From the human T2T-CHM13v2.0 reference genome, Homo sapiens, in NCBI RefSeq assembly GCF_009914755.1, contig NC_060929.1: a stretch of DNA of 64,000 nucleotides; one strand, 5' to 3'. Of this stretch, positions 42,881 through 55,612 are shown piece by piece. Below the pieces are notes generated by a model. It was not told the origin of the DNA. It saw nothing but the letters and a program-made list of their open reading frames with translations, and did no database searches. Position numbers and translations under genes: made by a program. Numbering within the stretch: the first letter of the stretch is position 1; the number at the start of each line of letters is the position of its first letter.

Positions 42881-43096
42881 TTTTTTTCCTTCTTTCCATG
42901 TCCTCCATCATACCTTTTACTTCTACTTTATTTTATTTTTAGACAAAGGATATATTTGTATCATTTTAATATATGATTTTTTAAATGTCATTGTACTAGT
43001 GGCTTTATTTTCTGATACAGTTCATGTGTCTTATGAAGTCTTTTTTTAAAGAACTGGGAGGAGGCACATTTTTACACCAGTGACTCAACTTTGATC

Positions 43097-43665
43097 TGTA
43101 CCATGGTTAATTTTCTATATCAACTTGACTATGCCATGGGGTGACCAAATATTTGGTTAAACATTATTCTGGGTATTCCTGTGAGAGAGTTTCTGAATGA
43201 TATTAACAGCTCAATCAGTAGACTGAGTGAAGCAGATTGCCTTCTTCAATGGAGAGAAACTTCATCTAGTCTGTCAAAGGTCTGAATAGAATAAAAAGTC
43301 AGTGTAACGGAGAATTGGTGCTCTCTCTGCCTGACTATCTTCCAAGTAGGAGATCAGTCTTCTCCTGCCTTTGATTCAGACTTGCACTGGAACTTTCACC
43401 ATTGGCTCTCCCAGTTCTCAGGTCTTTAAACTTGGACTAGAATTTACACCATTAGTTTTTGTACTTCTCAAGCCTTCAGACTTGGACTGAGACTATACCA
43501 ATGGCTCTCCTGGGACTCTAGATTGACAAATGGAGATCTTGGAACTTCTCAGTCTCCATAATCATGTAAGCCAATTCCTTACAACAATCTCTAGAAAGAT
43601 ATACAGACAGACGTACAGACAATATCCTAATGGTTCTGTTTCTGTGGAGAACCATGACTAATACC
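43097..43665 (+). mobile_element. MLT2 (ERVL) solo LTR
   Basis: atggttaattttctatatcaacttgact...ggttctgtttctgtggagaaccatgactaatac. Confidence 0.85.
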
Positions 43666-44902
43666 TTGAGTATTACAATCCCAAGTTTTATTATATTAAA
43701 AACTCAGAGCTGAAAGGAGTGGGGCCCAAGGAACTGTATTTTCAACAAGCCCCCAAGTGACTCTTAAGCATGTGAAAACTTGAGGCCCCCAGTGCTTCAA
43801 AGAAGTTACACTGACAGTGTTTTGTATTTCTAAGCAGCCCTGCTTTAAATGAATGGCAGAATAAAATTCCTTTTTCGTCTCCCGCACCTCCAAAAAAATT
43901 TCCATTTACAAAATTATCTTCTTGTAATTGTGCTTAAATTTTCTTCATGTTTCCCAAAGATGTAGCTTATAAAAGAAAGTCCAAATATTCTCTATCATAT
44001 GCTTAATTTCAGATTCACTTTCTTCACAGTCAAGATGAGATCGACAAATTTAACATCTTTGTTAGTTTTTCAAACAATAGCAACTTACATCTCTTTGGCA
44101 TTAGCTTTAGCATGGGTGACTCTTTTTGTATCTTCCTTACCTATGCTGAACAGATATTGGAAGAAAGAAGTATGTGAGTAGCATTAATGCTAAAACAATC
44201 ATAAGAACATTTTCCTAAAATAATGAAACCAACAGCATCTATGGTACATGTGATAAAAGATTAATTCTCCCCTCAAAAGTAAAGTATGCTTAAGCATATT
44301 AAGACTAAGGATGCCATTGATAAATTTAAAATAGGCTTTCCTGACACTTAGCATTCTAAAGGCATTATGTTAACAAAGAATTTTTAAGGCACTAAAATTG
44401 CTGGAAGCTTCAATGAAACTCAATCACTATTAAAAACAAAAAGGGGTAACAGAGGTTAAGTACATGGTCAGTTGGTTAAACACCCTGCTCAATTTCAGTC
44501 TAACATTAAGTTTTTCCTATATCCATCTTCGAGGAGAGGAGAAGAACTCAGATGAGGATTAAGGACACAAGAAAACTCAGGTCCAAGAGGCCAGAGCATT
44601 CAGAGAGAAAAAGTGGGGTTTGAAAATGTGCTTCTTGGGTCTTTCTCTTTCAGCTCAAGCAATCAGAATAAGATAGCTCAGAGGAGCCTCTAACATCAAC
44701 AGAGCCCTGGAAAGCAAGACAAGATTGTGTCATGGGGATACAGAAACACTCTTAGCAGGCTTGGGTATGTTTTAGGAGACTAATAAAAGGGCCTTGAAGA
44801 TTTGGGTGGCATCCAGCTCCACTCCCCAAGGATAGAAGATCAGTTAGGGATTTGTGGCAGAAGGTCTGGAAGAAACAGACTATAGACTACAGGATGCAGC
44901 TA

Positions 44903-44964
44903 CTGGGACCCTGGAGTCTCACTTCTAGCTTCTCTGGGACCCTGGAGTCTCACTGTCTAGCTTC
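44903..44964 (+). repeat. ~31-bp tandem duplication at the head of a MIR
   Basis: ctgggaccctggagtctcact(g)tctagcttc twice, starting 44903 and 44934. Confidence 0.9.
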
Positions 44965-45170
44965 AAATCCCAACTGGACCACTTACTAGCTGTGTGATTT
45001 TCAACAAGTCATTTCTCCTCTCTATACACTTTGTTCATTCTATAATATGGAGAAAATTACAGTACCTACCCCACAGGGTAAAATGTGAGGGTAAAATAAG
45101 ATAATGCATGTAAAATATTTTGAACAATGCATGGCACATTGTAATTGTTCAATAGATTTTAGCTATTATG
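44940..45170 (+). mobile_element. MIR
   Basis: ttcaaatcccaactggaccacttactagctgtgtga...gataatgcatgtaaa...tagctattat. Confidence 0.8.
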
Positions 45171-45621
45171 ATAATCACTCCAGGTTCCCCTTTCTTCTGT
45201 ATTCCGATTCTTAGCCAGGACTAAAGGGTTGAAATGCATAAGAGAATATTCAAAAAGAGTGTATTTAAAGCATTATAGTTTCTTCTCCTGGTTATCACAA
45301 GAGATCCTGATCATAATTTGGGGGTTTTCAGTTATAATCTAAACTATGGGATGGCTGTAAGGGAGACATAGGTGAAAGTTTGTTACTGACTCCCTATGGT
45401 AGAAAGAATGCCATTTTGTTAAGGCTCTTAACCGAGTTGCACACAAGAATCACCAAAGAAGATTTCTAATTTAATTTGTTGGGTACAGCTCTGCAGCAAT
45501 TTTATTTTAAAAGCTCCGCAGGAGATTCTAATGAACAAATTCTAATGCCTTCCATTCAAAGTGTAGTTCTCATTCCAGCAGCACTGACGTCACTTTGGAG
45601 CTTGTTAAAAATGCAAAATCT

Positions 45622-47286
45622 GTAGATTGCTTTTAGCAGTATGGTCATTTTCACAAAATTAATTCTACTCATCTATGAGCATGGGATGTGCTTCCATTTA
45701 ATTCCCATTAAAATACCACCATCATTCTTCACAAAACTAGAAAAAACAATCCTAAAATTCATATGCAACCAAAAAAAGAGCACGCATAGCCAAAGCAAGA
45801 CTAAGCAAAAAACAAAAACAAAAAACAAATCTGGGGGCATCACATTACAAGTTCAAACTATACTGTAAGGCCACAGTCACCAAAACAGCATGGTACTGGT
45901 ATAAAAATACGCATATAGGCCAATGGAACAGAATAGAGAACCCAGAAATAAACTCAAATACTTACAGCCAACTGATCTTAGACAAAGCCAACAAAAACAT
46001 AAAGTGAGAAAAGGACACCCTGTTCAACAAATGGTGCTGGGATAATTGGCAAGCCACTTGTAGGAGAATGAAACTGGATCCTCATCTCTCACCTTATACA
46101 AAAATCGAATCAAGATGGATCAAGGACTTAAATCTAAGACCTGAAACTATAAAAATTCTAGAAGATAACATCGGAAAAACCCTTCTAGACACTGGCTTAG
46201 GCAAAGACCTCATGACCAAGAACCCAAAAGCAAATGCAACAAAAACAAAGATAAATAGGTGGGGCTTAATTAAACTAAAGAGCTTCTGCACAACAAAAGG
46301 AAGAGTCAGCAGAATAAACAGACAACCCAAACAGTGGGAGAAAATCTTCAAAATCTATGCATCTGACAAAGGGCTAATACCCAGAATCTAGAAGCAACTC
46401 AAACAAATCAACAAGAATAAAACAAACAATCCCATCAAAAAGTGGGCTAAGGTCATGAATAGACAATTCTCAAAAGAAGATATTCAAATGGCCAACGAAT
46501 ACATGAAAAAAATGCTCAACATCACTAATGATCAGGGAAATGTAAATCAAAACCACAACGTGATACCACCTTAGTCCTGCAAAAATGACCATAATAAAAA
46601 AATCAAAAAGTAATAGATGTTGGCGTAGATGTGGTTAAAAGGGAACACTTCTACACTGCTGGTAGGAATGTAAAACTAGTAAAACCACTATGGAAAACAG
46701 TGTGGAGATTCCTTAAAGAAATAAAAGCAGAATTACCATTTGATCCAGCAATCCTACTACTGGGTATCTACCCAGAGGAAAAGAAGTCATTATATGAAAA
46801 AGATACTTGCACACGCATGTTTATGGAAACACAATTCACAACTGCAAAAATATGAAACCAGCCCAAATGCCTATCAGTCAATGAGGGGATAAAGACATTG
46901 TGGTATATATACACAACAGAATATTTCTCAGCCATAAAAGGCAATGAATTAATGGCATTCACAGCAACCTGGATGGGACTGGAGACTATAATTCTAAGTG
47001 AAGTAACTCAGGAATGGAAAAACAAACATCATATGTTCTCACTCATAAGTGGGAGCTAAGCTATGAGGATGCAAAGGCATAAGAACGATACAATGGACTT
47101 TGGAGACTCAGAGGAAAGGGTAGGAGGGGGGTAAGGGATAAAAGACTACATATTGGGTTCAGTGTATACTGCTCGGGTGATGGGTGCACCACGATCTCAC
47201 AAATCGTCACTGAAGAACTCACTCATATAACTAAATACCACCTGTTCCCCAGAAACCTATGGAAATAAATTTAAAAAAAAAAAAAA
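45622..47286 (+). mobile_element. 5'-truncated L1PB with 5' inversion (45622-45699 inverted)
   Basis: ORF2 C-terminal remnants ([13 protein letters not shown]...), 3'UTR and poly-A; first ~78 bp are reverse-complement ORF2. Confidence 0.9.
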
Positions 47287-47295
47287 GCAAAATCT

Positions 47296-47503
47296 AAAGG
47301 CATAAGAATGATAGAATGGACTTTGGGGACTTTGGGGGAAGGGTTGGGGGGCGCGAGGGATAAAAGACTACAAATAGGGTGCAGTGTATACTGCCCGGGT
47401 GATGGGTGCACCAAAATCTCACAAATCACTATTAACGAACTTACAAATGTAACCAAATATCACCTGTACTCCAATAAGTTATGGAAATTTTTTTTAAAAA
47501 AAA
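47296..47503 (+). mobile_element. Second short L1 3' end (L1PB/L1MA1-like)
   Basis: Homologous to 47073-47275 but clearly diverged, with its own A tail. Confidence 0.85.
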
Positions 47504-48043
47504 GCAAAATAGTAGGCCCTGGCACAGACCTATTAAATCTTAATCAGCATTTTAGAAAAATCCTAGGGTGATTCTTATACACCTTAAAGTTTGAGAAATA
47601 CTGCTCAAGTGATAAAGAACTATGTCATCTTCTTGGGGTGAGATGAAGCAAAAACTAAATGGCTATGCCATAATCCAAGCACTATGCATAATTTTTAAAC
47701 AGCTTTATTGAGGTACAACTTATATGCCATAAAATCCATCCATTTTGAGTATAATTCGTCAAGTTTTAATAAGTTTATACAGTTATATAATCATCACCAC
47801 AATCCAGTTTTGAACACTTTCATCACACCACCCAAAAAATTCCCTCTATATTCTATGCTCATATACAGTTAATCACAGCTCTCACCCACAGGCAACTACT
47901 GATCTGCTCCCTATCTCTATACTTTTACCTTTTCTAGAAACTTCACATAAATAGAATTGTGTCATAAGTAGTCTTTTGTCTCTAGCTTCTTTCACTAATG
48001 TAAGGTTTTGAGGTTTATCCATGTTAGTCCATGTATCAGGAGT

Positions 48044-48948
48044 TGTGGAAGTGGCACCACTCACCATTACCCGTAGTGATCCACTAGCAAAATGTGTGCT
48101 TCCTGTTCCCGCAACAGTACATTCTGCTGGCCTAGAGGTCTTAGTTCCAGAGGAAACACTGCCACCAAGAGACACAACAATGATTCCATTAAACAGGAAG
48201 TTAAAATTGCCACCTGTTCATCTTGAGCTCCTCCTACCTTTAAGTCAACAGGCTAAGAAGGGGGTTACAGTGTTGGCTGGGGTGACTGACAGGACTATCA
48301 AGATGAACTCAGTCTACTACTCCATAAAGGAGATAGGAACACAGGAGATCCATACAGGATACAGGAATGCATGGAGTACAGGAGATCCATTAGGGCTTCT
48401 TTTAGTATTACCATGCCCTGTGATTAAGGTCGATGGGAAACTACAACAGCCCAATCCAGGTAGGACTACAAACGGTCCAGACTCCACAGGGATGAAGGTT
48501 TGGGTCACTGTACCAGGAAAAAAACTATGACCTGCTGAGGTGCTTGCTGAAGGCAAAGGAATACAGAATGGGTAGCAGAAGGTAGTCATCAGTACCAGCT
48601 GTGACCACGTGACCAGCGACAGAAACAAGGACTGTAACTGTTATGAGTATTTCCTCCTTCTTTTGTTAAAAACATGTTTGTGAATGTATACACTTGTGCT
48701 AAGAAAATAGCTTAATTTTATTTCCTTTTCCTTCATCATGTGACATAAGATTTATTGACTTTACATAAGCATTTAAGTATTGTTAACTTTATGTAATGGT
48801 ATTTGGGTTGGGGATTGGTGTGTTTCCAGTTGTACAAAGGATAGTTGCATTAAGTTAGGTGTAATTATGACCTTATTATTGTCTTTATTTGAATATTATG
48901 TATGATCTCAGGAGATGTGTATGGGTTCAAGTTGGCAAGGGGTGGACT
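48044..48948 (+). mobile_element. HERV-L internal 3' fragment (degenerate dUTPase region, polypurine tract)
   Basis: ORF 48021-48530 has SAGLEVLVP, KKGVTVLAGV, GDPLGLLLVLPCPVIKV, GMKVWVT typical of the ERV-L pol/dUTPase tail; aaggggtggact precedes the LTR. Confidence 0.88.
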
Positions 48949-49323
48949 TGTGATGATTAATACTGTCAACTTGATTGAATTGATGGATACAAAGTATTGG
49001 TCCTGGGTGTGTCTGTGAGGGTGTTGCCAAAGGAGATTAACATTTGAGTCAGTGGGCTGGGGAAGGCAGACCCACCCTTACTCTGGTGGGCACCATCTAA
49101 TCAGCGGCCAGTGAATATAAAGCAGGCAGAAAAATGTGAAGAGGCAAGACAGGCCTAGCGTCCCAGCATACATCTTTCTCCCGTGCTGGATGCTACCTAC
49201 CCTCAAACATTGGACTCCAAGTTCTTCAGTTTTGAGACTCGGACTGGCTCTCCTTGCTCCTCAGCTTGCAGACAGCCTATTGTGGGACCTTGTGATTGTG
49301 TAAGTTAATACTGAATAAGCTCT

Positions 49324-49363
<40 letters not shown>

Positions 49364-49401
49364 TATTAGTTCTGTCCCTCTAGGGATCCCTGACTAACAC
49401 A
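48949..49401 (+). mobile_element. MLT2A (A1/A2) 3' LTR of HERV-L, with internal (TA)n
   Basis: tgtgatgattaatactgtcaacttgattg...ttagttctgtccctctagggatccctgactaacaca. Confidence 0.9.
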
Positions 49402-50829
49402 ACAGTTTATTCATTTTATTAATGAGTAGAATTCCACTGTATGGATATACTACATCTTGTGTATCTATTCACCAGTTGATAAATACTTGAACTGTTTCCA
49501 ATTTGGGGCTTTGACAAATAATGCTGCTGTGATCATTCAAACATAAGTATTGTATGGACATATATTTTCATTTCTCTTGAGTAAATATCTAGGAGTAGAA
49601 CTGGTGAGTCACACAAATGTATGTTTAATTTTTCACCAATTTTTAAAATTGGGTCATTTGTCTTACTAAGTTGCAGGAGTTCTTTATATATTCTGAATAA
49701 ACACCCTTATCAGATATTTGTTTCACAATTGTTTTTTTTGCACTCTGTGCCTTATCTTTAATTTTCTTAATGGTGTTCTTAGCTCTGACATTTAGGTCTA
49801 TGATGTTCTCAGAGTTCATCTTTGTTTATGGTGTGAAATAAAGGTAAAGGTTCATCTTTTGCATATGTATACCAATTTTGCCAGCACCATTTGTTGAAAA
49901 GACGATACACTATAGAGGAATTTTAAAGCTCCTGCCTGGAACACCTTGAAGAATCATACATACTCACAGGCTATGGGAAAACCAGGCAATAGGTAAGAAT
50001 TAGTACGCAGAGAAAATGTGACTCAGGATTTGGAAAGAAGCATCAGAAAATCAGGGAAGAATGAGATCAGCTTGCAAAGCACATTTTGATCTTTCAGTCA
50101 GTCAATGCTGTGATAGAGACAAAGAGAAAGATAACCCTCAGATTCAACATGATTCACATGGCAGAGGTAAAGAACGATCTTCTCCTTAAGTTGGCATTCT
50201 CAAAGCCAAGCTACACTTTTATAACTGCATGAAATGGATGTAGGCACGTTTAGTGTTACACCAGGAAAAGCACTGGTGATAAGGAATGTCTGTTGTACTA
50301 GAGTCAAAAGGACCATTAAAAGCCTGCATAATGTCAACACACATCAAGATCCTAGTAAAGCTTCAGTTTAGAAATCTTAAGCTGCTAAACCTAAGGCAAA
50401 TGAAAACCAGATACCCAGGGTGCAAAAGGGAAGAGGAGGAGAATGTTGGTTCTCATAAGCTCTTGAGGGCTGCACTCAATCAGAAATCTTTTGAGGGTGG
50501 ATTCCTGTGAGATCAAATGTAGGGACAAAAGAAAAGCCCCTGCAGGAGGTGGAAATAATAGGCTTAGAAAAATGCAGAGTTGGGGGACAACAGTAATAGC
50601 GACTGTGGCAGAAATGGCCATATATAACTAAGAAACTCTTGGCTAGAAGAAGGATAAAGAGAAGACAGGCAGTACAGGGTCACCAATTTTGCTTGGAGAG
50701 TTACTGTTTCTAAACATGATTTGGGACTGTGGATTACTCTACTTATAAACTTGGAGATTCAGTCTCTAGACGGCTCACACTCAGCCGAGGTTTGGGGTAC
50801 TAGTTGCCACCGGGTTGAAGAGAGAATAG

Positions 50830-51030
50830 ACAATAAAAATAGCTACATTTACTAAGGCCTTAACGTGTGCCCAGCTAAGTCCTCTCTATCCATCATCTGA
50901 GAGCCTCATAATAATATTGAGAGGCATAATTATCCCCACTTAATGGATTGACTTCCTCCTCCAAATCAAACCACTAGCAGGTGGCAAAACTGGGTTTTAA
51001 ACACTGGCCTTTTAGGCTTTAAAACCTATG
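50830..51030 (-). mobile_element. MIR
   Basis: aatagctacatttactaaggcc...attatccccactt...gcaggtggcaaaactgggttttaaac. Confidence 0.6.
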
Positions 51031-51959
51031 CTTTGTATGTTATACCAATTAGGATATGATTCTTTTCATGGAACTAATCTCACTCAAATGCAAGAGCAAA
51101 TCCAAGGCCTTCCTTTAACCTCCAGAGAAGTAGAGTGGCAGATATCAAGGCACAATGGGTCTACTTTCTAGGGAATTTTCTGAGAGAAGTGTTACCACTT
51201 GATTACTGTTTTCATCTCCTGCAGATAGAATCGGTGTGGTACTGATGGTATGATAGTCTTGTATGTCCTGAGAACTGCTCCAAAACATGGAAGCATAGTA
51301 GAGAGTTAGGGGAATCTAATTCAGAGGTGTTGAAGAAGCTGCATTAGTGGTAGTAAATTATAAAACCATAAAAGTAGTAACTGGAATCCAAGGAAGCAGT
51401 TTTATCTAGAAAGGATTAAAATTAACAAAGAAAAAAAAGTAAGGACAGGGAAAGCTCTTCTATAAATTTCAAGATTCTAAATAAAGAGATGCAATGTAGT
51501 CTTATTTTAAGACTTGAAGTTTTCTTGGACTATAGGAAGACAGATCTATCTTTATCAGAATAAGATTGATTCAATGAAATAATTTTGTAATCTGTGCTGA
51601 AAGATATTTTGGGAATAATTGCTAGCATATCTGGGATGAAAAGGAATTTGGTGTACTAATTCTAAAAAGGTGGAATGAATCTTTGGACATTTTAATACTG
51701 CCGGATTATAGAGTTAATCTGTGTAATTCTACATGCATGTACCAAACAATATAACAGTATTTCTTGATCTTAATTAGAAACTAAAAAATTTTCCTAGACT
51801 TCACCCCAGACTACTAATTCAGAGCCTGAAAACATATACTTCTAATCCTTCTCTTAATGATTCTTATGGAATCGATCCAGAAAGTCTCATGACTAAATCT
51901 CGTAACAATGGCTAACTGGACCCATCGTTATACTAGCACTGTAAAGATGGCCTAGAATA

Positions 51960-52388
51960 TACATTGTGGTTATCTCTTTGCCCATTTCTACTGCCCCCAC
52001 CATGGCCAAAGATATGTCATTCTTTTCCGGGATATTTGGAATAACCTACACAATGGACCTCCTTCTGCCATTCTTGATGCCACCAATCTATTTTCCACTC
52101 ATCAAGTCAGAGTGATCTTTCAAGAAGCACAAATCATCAGATCATGTCAGTCTGCTATTCAAAATCCTCCAGTGGTACTCTTAAAATAAAATCCAAACTC
52201 CTTTTATAACCTATAAGGCCCCGCATGATCTGATCCCATCTCATCTAATTCATTTCATCCCACTATCCCCTCTCCTTGATCACTTTGTGATGATCTTTCC
52301 ATTTATCCTGTTCACTACTCTAGCCCTAGAGTTTGATACAGTGTCCCACGTACAACAGAAGCTCCAGAAATTAAAATGAATGAATGAA
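51960..52388 (+). mobile_element. L2 fragment
   Basis: cagagtgatctttc...cagatcatgtc...aaaataaaatccaaactcctt...aaatgaatgaatgaa. Confidence 0.72.
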
Positions 52389-52614
52389 GTATCTTTTTGA
52401 TGCATGCCAATGGCTTGCTGGTTCAATACTGAAGAAATACATTTTTTGATGCAAAGAAAAACAGAACTATTGATTTTATTGGTTCCATGTGGCACACACA
52501 AGTAGTGGCTAAGAATTAGATAAATGGCTTCACAAAGCTAAGGAGAGAATTTCCAAAAAAATCAATAGCAATACTTTGATTCTTCAATATGTCTGAAGTG
52601 AACTGAAAAACCAA

Positions 52615-52780
52615 TGTGGGATTAGTGGCACATGCCTGTAGTCCCAGCTACTTGGGATGCTGAGGCAGTAGAATCACTTGAGCCCAGAGGTCGAGGCTGC
52701 AGTGAGCTTGGACCATACTGCTGCACTCCAGCCTGGGTGACAGAGTGAGACCCTGTCTCTTAAAAAAAACAAACAAACAG
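52615..52780 (+). mobile_element. Alu right-arm fragment (AluJ/FRAM-like)
   Basis: gtggcacatgcctgtagtcccagc...gagaccctgtctct. Confidence 0.85.
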
Positions 52781-53140
52781 GCCAGGCAGGGTGGCTCATG
52801 CCTGTAATCCCAGCACTTTGGAAGGCCAAGGCAGGAGGATCATTTGAGGTCAGGAGTTCAAAACCAACCTGGCCAACATGATGAAACCCTGTCTCTACTA
52901 AAAGTACAAAAAATTAGCCGGGCGTGGTGGCAGGCGCCTGTAATCCCAGCTACTCAGGAGGCTGAGGCAGGACAATCACTTGAGCCTGGGAAGTGGAGGT
53001 TGCAGTGAGCAGAGATCACGCTATTGCCCTCCAGCCTGGGTGACAGAGCAAGACTCTGTCTAAAAAAAAAAAACCAACAACAACAACCAAAAAAACACAA
53101 AACAAAAACAAACAAACAAAAACAAAAAGCAAACAAACAA
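52781..53140 (+). mobile_element. AluS inserted in the tail of the preceding Alu; (CAAA)n tail
   Basis: ggccaggcagggtggctc...; long A/C tail. Confidence 0.92.
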
Positions 53141-55049
53141 ATATCAATGACAATGTGGAAGAATTACCAGGGGTGAACAACTAATCTCACTTGAGACCTC
53201 AAGACCAATTCAAGACCTTCTTTCCACCCTCAATGAAAAAGAGCAAAACAGAGACCCACAGCATAGCAAGGCTAATTTCTGGGTCATTTTCCGGGAGAAA
53301 TACCAATCGTTGATTAATTTTTTCATCTCTTGCAGGCCAAGTAGTCAGTGGGCCCATAGGGTACCCTCATCTTCTGAATGCAAAAGAAAGCCAGCATAAA
53401 GTAATCTCCTTAGACTAGGCTCTGCCCTGACTAAGCTTATACAGGAAAGGGAAATTATTTCCATCTGTTCCAATGAGATTTACCAGTCTAAAACAGTCAT
53501 ATAGATTCGGGTTAGGAGTCTGTGGGATAGTTTGGTTGTCTGACTATCCTCTCTGCCATGTAGTAGGTGGTAAAAAAAGACAGCAACGGTGGGCATTGGG
53601 ACAGGTTACTGGTTTAGGGAACCATAAGAGAATATACTCCAATCCTGAACAGCTACCCTAGTCCACTGAGTCAACATTATCTTTGAAATAATAAAGACAC
53701 ATTTATAGTGTGTCTAATGAAGGGTTTATTTCACTTAGGTATACTCAGACTCCTAAATCCCTTTAATTCAACAAATATACAAGCACCTACTACATGCACA
53801 ACACTTCATGTTAAGTGCTGATGCTGTATGAAGATGAGGTACAGTCTCTGCCTCCAAGAGCAGAGGTAATAGGTTGGGATGTGAAGAGTCCTAGCTCCCA
53901 CAACTACCAGTGAGATCTCTGGGAATATTTTAATCTGCAGCTTGCATCCCAGTTCGGTTCAGTTCAGTTTCCCAAGGACTTCTGACTAGAACCAAAAGCA
54001 AGTTTGAAGAGAGAACAAGATTATGGGAGACCGAAAGCCAGCAGAATGGTTGTGACTTTATACTGAAGGAGTCTATTTTATTAGCAATATAGAGACATAT
54101 GAGCTTAATGGACTTTAATATCCCCTTGAGTTCCAACAGATTGCAGGTCCATGACTGATGGAGTCATTCATTAAGGGCTTTAAGTGCAGGGTAATAAAGA
54201 GAAAGTTGTACTTCAAAGTCCAGCAGGTATACACAAGACCAACTAAAGGAATATTTCGGCCTCAAGGAGGCTGGCCAGGAGGCTATGGATGCAACAAGCC
54301 CCATGTACCCAGAAGATGATAACATATCACACCCCAGGGCACCTTAGTTAGGCCTAGCCACATGCCAAAGTCAGTAAACACCCATATCTGATGCTCTACA
54401 GAGTACATAAAGTACTGTGATGACAGAAATACCAAATGAAAGAAATTTATTTAAATTCACAAAAAATATAAATTATACTTATTAGAAGCCTTAAAAATGG
54501 AACGCAAGAAAATTTTTCCATTTGTTTACTCAACTCTTCAAAATCCATGTGAAAATTATCTTTTATCTTTACCTTCCTTTGCTTTTATGTATTTACATCT
54601 TTTACAGGGTACAGTATGTATACCTACTATTAATGCACCAGGAAGCCTTCTTATTTGAAACAGTAATACAAAAACAGAGAACACATTGGCACTTGTCACA
54701 TAACAGCTAAAAATGGTGACAGAATACTTCGTATGGATTCACTTGATAAATCATTTCAGTAAGACTCATCACTGTGCTCTTCATTTAATGAAAACTTCAT
54801 ATCTAGTAAATTTTTAAAAGAAATCTAAAAGCAGATTATTTAAAGTACTTTTCTTTTAAACCACAGTCAAGACAACAATATTTACTGAGTTCGTGTTATG
54901 CGCTAAGTACCTTGCTATATACAATGATTAAGAAAGACAGGCTACCCTCTTGGAGCTTACAATTTAGTAAGAAGGGCACATGTTAAACATCTATTTCAAG
55001 TGTGATCACTGTATTAAAATGGTCATTTGCATTAGTCAATGAATTGTGA

Positions 55050-55360
<311 letters not shown>

Positions 55361-55612
55361 GAACTGTTACTTTTTATATATGCCATAATTCCATGTGTGG
55401 TTAACGTGGAAAGCAGCCAAACACATGACTAAAAATTACAGTAAATTAGTACAAAATATTTTTCTCAAATATTTTAAGTTGTAATTATATGACTGATATC
55501 ATTTCAGTAGAGAGCTATAACAAATATTACTTTTTAAATAAATAAATGTTGCTTTTAGAAATCATGAGAAAACAAAATTTAAGAACTTATATGTACTAAT
55601 ATAACTTTGACA

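Larger units (their letters stand above)
45555..47605. mobile_element. MER5A split by L1 insertions (45555-45620 and 47511-47605)
   Basis: ttcaaagtgtagttc...gagcttgttaaaaatgcaaaat | aggccctggcacagacctattaaatc...aaagtttgagaaatactgct. Confidence 0.72.
47690..49905 (-). mobile_element. L1MB 3' portion (47690-48038 and 49402-49905) hosting the HERV-L remnant
   Basis: aaacagctttattgaggtacaact... catgtatca | acagtttattcattttattaatgagtagaattcc continues colinearly. Confidence 0.78.
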
